From assembly GCF_023055435.1 (NCBI RefSeq), contig NW_025964124.1:3286001-3350000 (forward strand): a stretch of DNA of 64,000 nt, written 5' to 3'. Made by a program: the position numbers and the translations under genes. This document shows, piece after piece, positions 41,227 through 53,428 of the stretch. The notes under the pieces are model-generated. The model was not told the origin of the DNA and did no database searches. It saw only the letters and a list, made by a program, of their open reading frames with translations. The first letter of the stretch is position 1; every line of letters begins with the position of its first letter. Origin of the DNA: Haliotis rufescens (taxonomy: Eukaryota).

Positions 41227-42370
41227 GACATCGGCAACAGTGACGCAGACATCGGCAACAGTGACGCAGACATCGGCAACAGTGACACAGACATCACGCA
41301 GACATCGGCAACAGTGACGCAGACATCGGCAACAGTGACACAGACATCGGCAACAGTGACGCAGACATCGGAAACAGTGACGCAGACATCGGCAACAGTG
41401 ACACAGACATCACGCAGACATCGGCAACAGTGACGCAGACATCGGCAACAGTGACGCAGACATCACGCAGACATCGGCAACAGTGACGCAGACATCGGCA
41501 ACAGTGACGCAGACATCGGCAACAGTGACGCAGACATCACGCAGACATCGGCAACAGTGACGCAGACATCGGCAACAGTGACACAGACATCGGAAACAGT
41601 GATGCAGACATCACGCAGACATTGGAAACAGTGACGCAGACATCGGCAACAGTGACACAGACATCGGCAATAGTGACGCAGACATCAGCAACAGTGACAC
41701 AGACATCGGCAACAGTGACACAGACATCGGCAACAGTGACGCAGACATCACGCAGACATTGGAAACAGTGACGCAGACATCGGCAACAGTGACGCAGACA
41801 TAGGCAACAGTGACACAGACATCACGCAGACATCAGCAACAGTGACACAGACATCAGCAACAGTGACACAGACATCGGAAACAGTGACACAGACATCGGA
41901 AACAGTGACGCAGACATCGGCAACAGTGACACAGACATCGGCAACAGTGACGCAGACATCACACAGACATCGGAAACAGTGACGCAGACATCGGCAACAG
42001 TGACACAGACATCGGAAACAGTGACGCAGACATCGGCAACAGTGACGCAGACATCGGCAACAGTGACGCAGACATCGGCAACAGTGACGCAGACATCACG
42101 CAGACATCGGCAACAGTGACGCAGACATCGGCAACAGTGACACAGACATCGGCAACAGTGATGCAGACATCACACAGACATCGGAAACAGTGACGCAGAC
42201 ATCACGCAGACATCGGCAACAGTGACGCAGACATCGGCAACAGTGACGCAGACATAGGCAACAGTGACACAGAAATCGGCAACAGTGACGCAGACATAGG
42301 CAACAGTGACGCAGACATCGGCAACAGTGACACAGACATCGGCAACAGTGACGCAGACATCGGCAACAAT
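41227..42370. repeat. 21-bp tandem array (GACATCGGCAACAGTGACGCA) with 11-bp truncated units
   Basis: Direct periodicity. Confidence 0.95.
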
Positions 42371-42645
42371 GACAAGTCATGATATCCAGCAAAAGAACAA
42401 GAAGATGAAACAAGTAGAAATTATTTTATTGCAATTTTTCATTAAAAACAACAGTGTGGATGACGTGAACACAACACATCCACACAACATGGCCAGACGA
42501 TGGCCACACAGAATCAGGTACAAAGTAGACACAACTGATGGCCACACAGAATCACGTATAAAGTAGACACAACTGATGGATTGTTTACTGAATCCTGTCT
42601 TACTGGCTCCTCCCCAGGTGTTCTCTATCCATCATGGTGTTACAG

Positions 42646-42961
42646 TGAGTGAGTGAGTGAGTGAGTGAGTGGGTGAGTGAGTGAGTGAGTGAGTTGGGTT
42701 TAACGCCGCTTTTAACAGTATTCCAGTTATATCACGGCGTGTCAGCTTAATGTGGGAGGAAAGCCCGAAGTAATGCAGGTCTCAAGACGTTTACCACTTC
42801 GGTGAAACCCACGAGCACAGATATGGTGCTGACAAACCTAGAAACATAATTGGGGCGAACCGGGATTCGAACCCACAATCATAGATTTCTGGCGTGCCCA
42901 AGGGACGCAACTCTGCACAGTGAATCGCGGCGCCTTAGACGACTGGGCCCCCGTGACCCCC
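42646..42961 (-). mobile_element. SINE family B, full length with TSD
   Basis: TSD TGGTGTTACAGTG on both sides; (TGAG)n tail. Confidence 0.92.
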
Positions 42962-42964
42962 TGG

Positions 42965-43305
42965 TGTTACAGTGTTATCCTTCTGTTGTCATTGTTACAG
43001 TGTTATCCTTCTGTTGTCATTGTTACAGTGTTATCCTTCTGTTGTCATTGTTACAGTGTTATCCTTCTGTTGTCATTGTTACAGTGTTATCCTTCTGTTG
43101 TCATTGTTACAGTGTTATCCTTCTGTTGTCATTGTTACAGTGTTATCCTTCTGTTGTCATTGTTACAGTGTTATCCTTCTGTTGTCATTGTTACAGTGTT
43201 ATCCTTCTGTTGTCATTGTTACAGTGTTATCCTTCTGTTGTCATTGTTACAGTGTTATCCTTCTGTTGTCATTGTTACAGTGTTATCCTTCTGTTGTCAT
43301 TGTTT
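42965..43305. repeat. 28-bp perfect tandem array, ~12 copies
   Basis: TGTTACAGTGTTATCCTTCTGTTGTCAT. Confidence 0.95.
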
Positions 43306-43399
43306 AACCTACTCACGTTAATCTCCCTCATGTAGGCAATTGTTGTTACTGTTAATCCTCCACCTACTGTATACGTTCTGTACGATGTTCATTATCCAG

Positions 43400-44910
43400 C
43401 CTTGCTTGACAACGGTACAAGGATCTATACTGAAACGTCACCTTGCTTGACAACGGTACAAGGATCTATACTGAAACGTCACCTTGCTTCACAACGGTAC
43501 AAGGATCTATACTGAAACGTCACCTTGCTTGACAACGGTACAAGGATCTATACTGAAACGTCACCTTGCTTGACAACGGTACAAGGATCTATACTGAAAC
43601 GTCACCTTGCTTGACAACGGTACAAGGATCTATACTGAAACGTCACCTTGCTTGACAACGGTACAAGGATCTATACTGAAACGTCACCTTGCTTGACAAC
43701 GGTACAAGGATCTATACTGAAACGTCACCTTGCTTGACAACGGTACAAGGATCTATACTGAAACGTCACCTTGCTTGACAACGGTACAAGGGTCTATACT
43801 GAAACGTCACCTTGCTTGGCAACGGTACAAGGATCTATACTGAAACGTCACCTTGCTTGACAACGGTACAAGGGTCTATACTGAAACGTCACCTTGCTTG
43901 ACAACGGTACAAGGATCTATACTGAAACGTCACCTTGCTTGACAACGGTACAAGGGTCTATACTGAAACGTCACCTTGCTTGACAACGGTACAAGGATCT
44001 ATACTGAAACGTCACCTTGCTTGACAACGGTACAAGGATCTATACTGAAACATCACCTTGCTTGACAACGGTACAAGGATCTATACTGAAACGTCACCTT
44101 GCTTGACAACGGTACAAGGATCTATACTGAAACGTCACCTTGCTTGACAACGGTACAAGGATCTATACTGAAACGTCACCTTGCTTGACAACGGTACAAG
44201 GATCTATACTGAAACGTCACCTTGCTTGACAACGGTACAAGGGTCTATACTGAAACGTCACCTTGCTTGGCAACGGTACAAGGATCTATACTGAAACGTC
44301 ACCTTGCTTGACAACGGTACAAGGGTCTATACTGAAACGTCACCTTGCTTGACAACGGTACAAGGATCTATACTGAAACGTCACCTTGCTTGACAACGGT
44401 ACAAGGGTCTATACTGAAACGTCACCTTGCTTGACAACGGTACAAGGATCTATACTGAAACGTCACCTTGCTTGACAACGGTACAAGGATCTATACTGAA
44501 ACATCACCTTGCTTGACAACGGTACAAGGATCTATACTGAAACGTCACCTTGCTTGACAACGGTACAAGGATCTATACTGAAACGTCACCTTGCTTGACA
44601 ACGGTACAAGGATCTATACTGAAACGTCACCTTGCTTGACAACGGTACAAGGATCTATACAGAAACGTCGCCTGGCTTGACAACGGTACAAGGATCTATA
44701 CTGAAACGTTGTCTGGCTTGACAACGGAGAAGGATCTATACTGAAACGTCACCTTGCTTGACAACCGTACAAGGATCTATACTGAAATGTCGCCTGGTTT
44801 GACAACGGTACAAGGATCTATACTGAAACGTCGCCTGGCTTGACAACGGAGAAGGATCTATACTGAAACGTTGTCTGGCTTGACAACGGAGAAGGATCTA
44901 TACTGAAACG
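43400..44910. repeat. 41-bp tandem array, ~37 copies
   Basis: CCTTGCTTGACAACGGTACAAGGATCTATACTGAAACGTCA. Confidence 0.95.
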
Positions 44911-45278
44911 TACTTCATATATTATTATCATGCCAGCTGTCTTGGATCACAATAATTTATAGAGTTAGAGAGACACCACTGATCACCAATACGCACTTTC
45001 AATTTCATTAGCCAAGCAGTTTGTACAAATAGAAAAACAACAGATTCATGCAGGTTTCAATCACGACCAGCAGTCCTTTCATTTTACTGGCTTCTGATTG
45101 GTCAATGTGTCTCTGTGTCTCGATCAAGGAGATCGTGGTCCCCGATCAAGGAGGTCGTGGTCACCGATCAAGGAGGTCGTGGTCCCCGATTCTGTTGATG
45201 AACATGGCTTGTACAGTGGGGCAGTTTACTCTAACATTGACATGCTATCAGTTGGAATGAAGACCGTAAAGTGAGTGT

Positions 45279-45817
45279 CATCTTCCTGAGGCAAGGGAGT
45301 TAACTGACTATAAAAGTCCAGTTTCCACCCTTGCCGAACTAGGCTGGTATTATGGAGTTATGTTTTGGCTGGACTAACGAGTCTACGCATAGTCCAATCA
45401 AAATCACGCACAGAAATCGAAATCCGGTTCGTAAAGTGTCATGCAGATTTCGGTCGACTGCAGGATTTGCATAGCATGTGCACCGCTAACTCGTTGTCAA
45501 CAGATATTTTCTAAACCTTTTCATGTTTTTAATCAAGGTGCTCACGTGATTTGATGCACTTTGTGATGTAAGGCTCGTTTTATATAGATCTTGATTATCG
45601 ATCAGATCGTCTTGACTGGGCGCCACCGTTTTGTTTGAAACAAATGCGAGTGATACGAGAGGTTGAATCTGATTGGTCCATAGGAGAGGCTTAGAAGGGA
45701 CATAACTAGTAATAGCCACTGGTGGCGCTACGATCGAGCCCAGGAATTCCAGCCTAGTTCGGCAAGGGTGGAAACTGGACTTTTAAAGTCAGTGAACTCT
45801 CTAGCCTCGGGAGGATG
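45279..45817. mobile_element. Full-length MITE with ~70-bp TIRs and 9-bp TSD (Mutator-like)
   Basis: CATCTTCCTGAGGCAAGGGAG ... CTCTCTAGCCTCGGGAGGATG; TSD AGTGAGTGT; second copy at 18848. Confidence 0.88.
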
Positions 45818-46359
45818 AGTGAGTGTGAGTTTTGTGCATTCATACGCGGCTGCTAAAGTTATCCTTTTGACTGAAAATACGTCTTCATCATTGATTTCTT
45901 TAGAACGACATTTTATCACAAAGAGATTATGGCCCTTGTGTGTATTACTTGCTGAAGTCCAAGTCTCGATGGACATAACTCCTACGTGTGTCAAAGCTTC
46001 AACTGTCCCTGACACTTATTAAGGGTTGTCATGGAAACTGCATATGGAATCCATGTCTCCCAGAATATCCCCTCCAGTCAGTGATGCCCTCGTCCCTGTA
46101 AGGTGAGCTAACATCCTTTAGGCAGAGACTTCAAAGTACAAAATGAGAGGTCGATGATAATATTTTGGTAGAGTTATTCAACCTTGCCAATACTTGAAAT
46201 TAGCTCACGATACTGTCTCCATGGCAACTGGTACTGTTTCACTGTACACACACTTATTATTTATAAAACATAAAACAACACACACTGTGACGTGGTAGTC
46301 ACTAGTCCATCAAGTCCAGAGTCAGAACCACAACTGTCTGAAACTTCCGTCTCTATAGA

Positions 46360-46530
46360 CCATGGCAATGGATATTGTCTCCACAAACCATGGCAACAGA
46401 TACTGTCTCCACAAACCATGGCAACAGATAATGTCTCCACAAACCATGGCAACAGATAGTGTCTCCACAAACCATGGCAACAGATAATGTCTCCACAAAC
46501 CATGGCAACAGATACTGTCCCTACAAATCA
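46360..46530. repeat. ~28-bp tandem array containing CCATGGCAAC, in the RBM7-like 3' UTR
   Basis: Direct periodicity immediately after the stop codon. Confidence 0.9.
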
Positions 46531-46550
46531 TTGCAAGTCCCAGCTGAGAA

Positions 46551-47237
46551 CTAATATCGTCTTCTGGTGCTGTGGGGTCGCTGGTATGGCTGCATGCGGT
46601 CGTAGTCTCGATGCTGACGGCCATCTTGTCTATTAACGGCCAGGCTGAGATTCTGCTGTTGGAGTATGCGCTGTCTGCGCACATCGATGCTGTCAAGGTT
46701 GTCGTTGTGATACTGGGGGCTCCCACCCTGGTACACTTGTGGGGACTCTGGGCGGTACTGTGGCGAGTGACGGGAATGTCGATCACCATGCTCATCTTGA
46801 TTCTTATCCGCGCTGCCGTGCCATGTGTGGGATCGCTGGTACCGAGACGGAGGCTCATTCGGCCTTGACCCGTGTTCCCGATCCCGTGGACTACGGAACG
46901 GTTCATGCTGTTCCGTGTTTGGTCCAGAAGAAGAACGGTGGTAGTTGGACCGACCGCCATGTTGGTGTGCGGTGTCGCGGGGGTAGGCGTCCCGCTGCTC
47001 TGGGGCGTACTGGGGACTGCTGTAGGGGCAGGGGCTGTTGTGGGGGGAGGAGCTGCTGGGGAGGGATGACGACCCTGACCTTGTCTGTAGACGCAGGTAC
47101 TGGCCAAACAGTCGGATGCCCTCGTACAGCTGCATGGTGTACGCCACGGATTCCTCGTGCCGGAAGTTGATGAAGGCAAACTTCTTGTTGCGTCCATCCT
47201 TGTCCTTTGGGATGGTGACACGGTCCAAGGGGCCAGC
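46551..47237 (-). CDS. RBM7: RBM7/RBM11-like RRM protein, exon 2
   Basis: AGPLDRVTIPKDKDGRNKKFAFINFRHEESVAYTMQLYEGIRLFGQYLRLQTRSG closely parallels human RBM7 (AGPVIKVKIPKDKDGKPKQFAFVNFKHEVSV...); ttcag acceptor; low-complexity C-terminus to TAG. Confidence 0.9.
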   Translation of the reverse strand, partial: AGPLDRVTIPKDKDGRNKKFAFINFRHEESVAYTMQLYEGIRLFGQYLRLQTRSGSSSLPSSSSPHNSPCPYSSPQYAPEQRDAYPRDTAHQHGGRSNYHRSSSGPNTEQHEPFRSPRDREHGSRPNEPPSRYQRSHTWHGSADKNQDEHGDRHSRHSPQYRPESPQVYQGGSPQYHNDNLDSIDVRRQRILQQQNLSLAVNRQDGRQHRDYDRMQPYQRPHSTRRRY

Positions 47238-47324
47238 CTGAAACACACCATGTGTAGTGTGAACTCAGAAACAAACAAGCCTGTAACATGATGTATAGAA
47301 CCGGTACACAGAACACCCATCAAT

Positions 47325-47890
47325 GATCATAATGGGGTGCTTGATCGTAAAGGGGTGCTTGATCGTAAAGGGGTGCTTGATCATAATGGGTTGCTTGATC
47401 ATAAAGGGGTGCTTGATCATAAAGGGGTCCTTGATCATAAAGGGTGCTTGATCATAATGGGTGCTTGATCATAAAGGGGTGCTTGATTGTAAAGGGATGC
47501 TTGATCACAAAGGGGTCCTTGATCGTAAAGGGGTGTTTGATCATAAAGGTGTGTTTGATCGTAAAGGGGTGGTTGATCGTAAAGGGGTGCTTGATCGTAA
47601 AGGGGTGGTTGATCGTAAAGGGGTGCTTGATCGTAAAGGGGTGCTTGATCATAAAGGGGTGCTTGATCATAAAGGGATGCTTGATCATAAAGGGGTGCTT
47701 GATCATAAAGGGGTGCTTGATCGTAAAGGGGTGCTTGATCATAAAGGGGTGCTTGATCATAAAGGGATGCTTGATCATAAAGGGGTGCTTGATCATAAAG
47801 GGGTGCTTGATCATAAAGGGGTGCTTGATCATAAAGGGATGCTTGATCATAAAGGGGTGCTTGATCATAAAGGGGTGCTTGATCATAAAG
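47325..47890. repeat. 18-bp tandem array (GATCATAAAGGGGTGCTT) in the RBM7-like intron
   Basis: Direct periodicity. Confidence 0.95.
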
Positions 47891-48317
47891 CCGTACCTCA
47901 ATCCAATGATGGTAAAGGGCTTCATCGGAAGGGGGCCCAAAGGCTAAGCATAAAGTTGGGGCAAACCCACCCTATTAACTCCTGATACAACTACCCCCAA
48001 GGCACGAGACATGTGAAGCCGGCAGTCTGAGCGCTATATTAACTAACTTTGAGATTTAACATGCGCTTTCCGCGTGTAATAGCGCTATATTAGCTGCTCC
48101 TGGTTTAAAAGATTGATGGCCAAGGGCGACTACTCTAAGCCTAAATAGCATCCATCTGTTTATCACAACTTCATATCACAGACTGTGCCAAAAAATCACA
48201 ATCCGGAAAACCCCAACTTCCATCAGACAGTGTATTCTGAGAGAAGACAATATTTTCTGAGGAAGATATAGCATAAACATAGGGCATGCACACTTATGTA
48301 CATTATACTTAAATTAC

Positions 48318-48398
48318 CTGAAGAAAAAGTTCATATAACAATTCTTCCGTGACTTTATCGCCCAAACCACCGACCCACAACACACAATTGTCCGCCAT
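48318..48398 (-). CDS. RBM7: RBM7/RBM11-like, exon 1 (MADNCVLWVGGLGDKVTEELLYELFLQ)
   Basis: RNP2 LWVGGL and KVTEELLYELFLQ match RBM7; CAG|GTAATT donor, phase 0; spliced product 255 aa. Confidence 0.9.
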
Positions 48399-48771
48399 GA
48401 TTATTCTCAAGCTCCTCACAACAATGGCCAGTTCACAGAGCTCTCTATGCTACCGCGATAAAGAAGGTGTCACGCGCTGGGTAGGAGCTTGGATTTATAG
48501 ACTGGGTTTCTGTCTACCGAAACTGGTAGACACATGCTCCTCGCAGCGAAAGCGCGTTCGCGGAGCTCCCACTGTGAAAGGTGGCTACACTAACACGGAG
48601 TTCAACTCACATCCGACGGAGCGTTATGTTTTCAAACAAGTGATGACTGTCGTGACACCGATTCCTCTTACCCCAACTAAATTATTTTCTTTGTTTGTCA
48701 ATTTGAATTTCTATTTCACCCAGAGACCATATAATAGATCTTTTATATATGGTCTCTGTTTCAACTATCAT

Positions 48772-49048
48772 GTTTTTGTTTGTTTAATTTGTTTGTTGTT
48801 GAACGCCGCACTCAGCAATATTCCAGCTATATGACGGTGGTCTGTATAAATAATCGAGTCTGGACCAGACAATCCAGTGATTGACATCATGAGCATCGAT
48901 CCACTCAATTGAGTATACGATCGACATGCATCAACCAAGTCAGCGAGCCTGACCACTCGATCCCGTTTGTCGCCTCTTCAAGCATATGCCTTCTACGGCA
49001 AGCATGGGTTGGTGAAGACCTATATATTCTACCCCGGATCGTCACGGG
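48772..49048 (-). mobile_element. SINE family C, near full length
   Basis: (AAAC)n tail and body shared with 53043 and 61431 copies. Confidence 0.88.
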
Positions 49049-49539
49049 TCCAACTATCATGTAATTGGTACAGTAAAAATGTAAGGGGGGAGTTGGATGA
49101 TTTTCCGTTCGTCTGCTATCTCGAAACATACGAAAAGTTAAATTCATCTGGGAAATATGGTCAGTTTTAACCTTTTCAAAATTCGCTATGATGGCATTCC
49201 CAAAGACATAACAAATAGTTTAAAAGTTACTACATTCGGGGTTAGAGGGCAAATTTCAGGATTCTTGTAATGACCGCTCCGACACTGACGGCAGCGATGT
49301 CAACGAGAGTGTAACAAACAAGCGCTGGGCTTGCGTCGCTTACCAACAGTGGAACCAGTTTACTTGGATAATTCTTAGCAAAGGGAGGCAATCCGTGCAG
49401 TTCTATCTATACTTCGTACCGCTAATTTATTTATATGTTTTTTAAAGGGGAATTTATGAGGACAACGATGCTTTGATTATGATTGACAGATGATATGATG
49501 ATAATAAGAACTATTGCATTAAAATATATTATGTGGGTG

Positions 49540-49718
49540 CTCGGGAAACTCACTCTTTACTTTTAGCCAATGAGCAAGGGAACCGGTCGTCTGCCCGGTT
49601 ACGTTGCGGCCATCTTGTTTATTTTTCCGCGAGATTTGAGAGTTGTGTGTGTGATGATTTCTGGATTTGTTGAGTTAGCGATTTTCGGGAACAGAGAGCA
49701 GGCCTGAGCTCTGACATC
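49540..49718. promoter_or_regulatory. Probable XRCC1 proximal promoter
   Basis: AGCCAATGAG (CCAAT box, ~49565) and GCGGCCATCTTG (YY1-type, ~49606) just upstream of the ATG. Confidence 0.55.
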
Positions 49719-49769
49719 ATGCCGGAAATTAAAATCCAACATGTCGTATCTTCCAGTTCTGAAGACAAG
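49719..49769 (+). CDS. XRCC1: XRCC1 exon 1 (MPEIKIQHVVSSSSEDK)
   Basis: Matches the human XRCC1 N-terminus MPEIRLRHVVSCSSQDS; AAG|GTAGAC donor. Confidence 0.93.
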
Positions 49770-50055
49770 GTAGACAAATTGTTTGCAATTGTTTTGTTGT
49801 AAGCTAGCCTAGGCCTAAACACGAACACGAAGTTTTTGTCTGTTTGTCTGACTTTGAGTCTGAGGAGTAAAACACAAGATTTGCTAAAACTAACCCAAAC
49901 TAACAAAATAAAAGTCATTTAACAATCTTATGTGTAACTGAAAGGCAGATGATGGTAACATGCCATAGGTAATTAAGTGATTGTGGTCGATCACATCGTA
50001 GGGCCTAGTGGAAAGTTGTGAAGTGGTGGGCTGACGTCTGCTGCACAACTTGATC

Positions 50056-50812
50056 GAGTTGCACCCGACTCGCCTAAAAAAATCTGACCCGACTCACCTA
50101 AAAAATATATATAATATTTTGGTATGCGTTTGGCAAATATAACTTAGGTTAGCCCTAATGATCACAATTACTTGTATATTCATACACAAGTATGGAAATA
50201 ATATTAAAAACAACAACGTATCATCCATAGAATTTGTCTTCTGTCATATTTACATCCTAAAAACATACATAAAAGATCACTTAAGTCTTTACATACCTAA
50301 TGGGTTCGTTATATCCATCAAATAATAAATCCATAATTCATATCCTGAAGATAACACAACATACGTTGCAGTTGCACCACCACATGTTCACTAAACTGGC
50401 ATTTGTATTTTTCCCCGGAGTTTCGAAGAATTCTCGCCTTTGATTGGTCAACCCAGATATGATGATAAAGTGACAACTATTTGTTATCATAGTACAGTAA
50501 TCCCGTGCTGAACTGTTAAGTTTATTTATTTTTTATCGCCCTAACTAATCAATCAGTGATGTGATGTCACCGAGAGTGACACCGATTGTATCAAAACAAC
50601 GCCATGACATCGTTCACTCAATCCAGTCGGTTACGCTATTCGGACCAAGACTACAACACTAACATTTAGGTACATTATGTGTATAAAATGCATTACTATG
50701 TATTTCTGATAGTTACATACTTATTCTAAAATACAAAAACCAACTGTAGTTCGCTCAAACTTTTTTTAGGCGAGTCGGGTCAAAATCTTTTTAGGCGAGT
50801 TGGGTGTATCCC
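50056..50812. mobile_element. MITE with subterminally repeated TIRs and 8-bp TSD
   Basis: (ACCCGACTCGCCTAAAA)x2 inverted at both ends; TSD ACTTGATC. Confidence 0.82.
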
Positions 50813-50937
50813 ACTTGATCAGACGTGCCAGTAGTGAGTGAATTAGTATGGTTTTATGCCGCTTTTAACGATATTCAACAATATCATAGCGGGGAACACC
50901 AGAAATTGACTTCACACAATTGTACCCATGTTGAACC

Positions 50938-51300
50938 GGGTGCAGGCTAAAACGTTACCGATTTTCTCTGGCGAAAATGGCAACTATGTGATGGATGAAA
51001 ACGGCACCTCTATTTTTAATAACGATTAGAATGATTTATGTAGTAGTATATCTGACTTGTGTTATTTGTTACATATTATTTGATGTATTTACATGTTATT
51101 TCCTGATTTCCAGTTGTTCACAGATAACTACATACAATCACATATACAGTTCTTCACAGTTTTCATCTTCATCACAGTTTACAATATCGTGATAGTAGCT
51201 GACTCAGTTTTAGCCCGGCAATAACCGTTTTCGCTTGAGGCTAGGTTACGTTTTCGCCCATCGGTGCTGTTTTGCTGAGGTGACGTTTTTGCTATAACCC
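50938..51300. mobile_element. MITE with imperfect 22-bp TIRs and 8-bp TSD
   Basis: GGGTGCAGGCTAAAACGTTACC ... GGTGACGTTTTTGCTATAACCC; TSD GTTGAACC. Confidence 0.8.
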
Positions 51301-51350
51301 GTTGAACCAGGCTCTTCAGCGTGATGAGCAAACACTTCAACCACCAGGCA

Positions 51351-51520
51351 GGGGCGGTCGGGTAGCCTAGTGGTTAAAGCGTTCGCTCGTCACGCCGAAG
51401 ACCCGGGTTCGATTCCCGACATGGGTACAATGTGTGAAGCCCATTTCTGGTGTCTCCTGCCGTGATATTGCTGGAATATTGCTAAAAGCGGCGTAAAACC
51501 ATACTCACTCACTCACTCAC
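51351..51520 (+). mobile_element. Young full-length tRNA-derived SINE family A
   Basis: A box TAGCCTAGTGG, B box GGTTCGATTCC, (TCAC)n tail, 13-bp TSD TCAACCACCAGGC. Confidence 0.95.
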
Positions 51521-52646
51521 TCAACCACCAGGCTACCCCACCGCCCCTCTTCTGACTCTTATGTGTTTGAATAAAGATAAAACATCAGTCAACTTCAGTG
51601 TATTCATGTATGGGTCGTCATTTGGTAAAAAGAAATAATTTGGAAATAAAGAACAAAAGTATGCAATAATAGTCAAATGTTACGAATAACGTATTAAACG
51701 TTCCTGTGTAACTTTTGACCGAATGGCCGCCCATATGCATCACCAGATCATTTTTTGTATGTGTATCTAAATAGAATATATGCCAGGGCTTCGGTCAAAC
51801 TATTCCCAATCGGACATTTTGTGCCTTCCTCTGCAAGTTTTGTTGTTATTATTATTAGTTACATGGTCCTATGAGTTAATGTTCCAATGAATTGGAAATT
51901 GCCCCAATGAATTCGACCTCCAGTGGGATGGGTTGGCTTCAGTGTTCCCATCCTATTCCGAGCTGTAACTTGAAAACCGTTCAATATGTTTCAATGGAAC
52001 TTGGTATGTGTGTTGCTCATCAGCTTAACTGATGCCTTTTGGTATTTTAATATTTTTCAAAATTGTAAATTTTTATATTTCCATGGAGACAATTTCAACT
52101 TAGTCTCCCATAAAGAGTCAACATGACATCAACTGTCATGCTGCTTCATTGATGCAGTAATCAGAATCTGTACTGGTATGTTTTGCTTTTATTCTATTTT
52201 GTAATTTCAAAAACATCATAGTAACCATGGTAACAACTTGAACTAATGTATCAGAAAAAGGGAGGAGGGACACAAATGCTTTCATGAGTAAAAACACATT
52301 CTAGTTTGGTTATTGATATTGTTTAGAGATTAGTTGTCAGCCATCTGAAATGTTGGGCAATGTTCTTCATAAATGACCTGTGTTAAGTAAGATTTTTAAA
52401 AACATTTTTAACATGTTAAAAATTGTTTTGACGCTACGTACTACGGACTATGAGCTGCAAACTATGAGCTTCACAATCCACATGGAGTGTTGGTGCCTGC
52501 AGTTGGCTGTGACTATCCACTAGTCCTAAGTCCGAGGCTACTAAAAGTCGGTTTGGTCTAGTAAACTCAGCAAATAATAGTCCATGATAACACTGAACTA
52601 TACTGAACTATACTGAACAACAGGGTGCAGTGGGCCCTCCCCATGC

Positions 52647-52855
52647 TCACTGACCCACTATCTCACTGACCCACTATCTCACTGACCCACTATCTCACTG
52701 ACCCACTATCTCACTGGAAACTGTGGACACTGACCCACTATCTCACTGGAAACTGTGGACGCTGACCCACTATCTCACTGGAAACTGTGGACGCTGACCC
52801 ACTATCTCACTGGAAACTGTGGACGCTGACCCACTATCTCACTGGAAACTGTGGA
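52647..52855. repeat. 16-bp array grading into a 32-bp array (CTGACCCACTATCTCA +/- CTGGAAACTGTGGACG)
   Basis: Direct periodicity. Confidence 0.9.
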
Positions 52856-53042
52856 TTATGTTCAGCAAATAAAGAAACGTTCAGTGGACACACTGTTCCC
52901 CGAGTTTTGCCATGTTGTATTCACTGTGTCAGATCCATCTGCAGCCATGGAAACCATCTCGAGATACATCTCATGTAGTGAAAGCTTTGAGTGCTTTCAC
53001 GACTTGTAATACAGACACAAGCAGACCGTGGTGGCACAATAC

Positions 53043-53270
53043 TGACCCATGCTTGCCGAAAAGGTAACTGCTTGTCGTAAGAGGCAACTATTGGGATCGG
53101 GTGGTCAGACTTGCTGACTTGGTTGATGCATGTCATCGTATCCCAATTGCGTGGATTGATGCTCATGATGTCAATCACTGGATTGTCTGGTCCAGACTCA
53201 ATTATTTATACAGACCACCATCATATAGCTGGAATATTGCTGAGTGCAGCGTTAAACAACAAACATACAA
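53043..53270 (+). mobile_element. SINE family C
   Basis: Shared body and (AAAC)n tail. Confidence 0.88.
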
Positions 53271-53333
53271 AACTAAATCAATACTGACCTGTTGTCCTCG
53301 CTGGTCTCATGTGTACCCTTGTTTCCCCCAAAG

Positions 53334-53426
53334 AACCACCCCGCTGAGAACCTGCTGAAACCAGAGGGGACGTTCAAGTGGAAGTGTGCCGGCCCGGGGG
53401 CGAAGTCCGCTGTGGTGGTGTTGCAG
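53334..53426 (+). CDS. XRCC1: XRCC1 exon 2 (NHPAENLLKPEGTFKWKCAGPGAKSAVVVLQ)
   Basis: Matches human THCAENLLKADTYRKWRAAKAGEKTISVVLQ; 93 nt, AG/GT boundaries. Confidence 0.95.
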
Positions 53427-53428
53427 GT

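Larger units (their letters stand above)
50832..51547 (-). mobile_element. Old SINE family A copy split into three pieces by two later insertions
   Basis: Pieces 50832-50937, 51301-51349 and 51521-51547 rejoin into a reverse SINE A. Confidence 0.8.

Noticed and set aside
48721-48758. Short hairpin CAGAGACCATATA...TATATGGTCTCTG
   Set aside because: Single 13-bp inverted repeat, probably a collapsed MITE remnant; no support for an ncRNA or terminator
51351-51425. tRNA gene (also 40200, 12770)
   Set aside because: tRNA-like head continues into a shared body, (TCAC)n tail and TSDs, so it is a SINE
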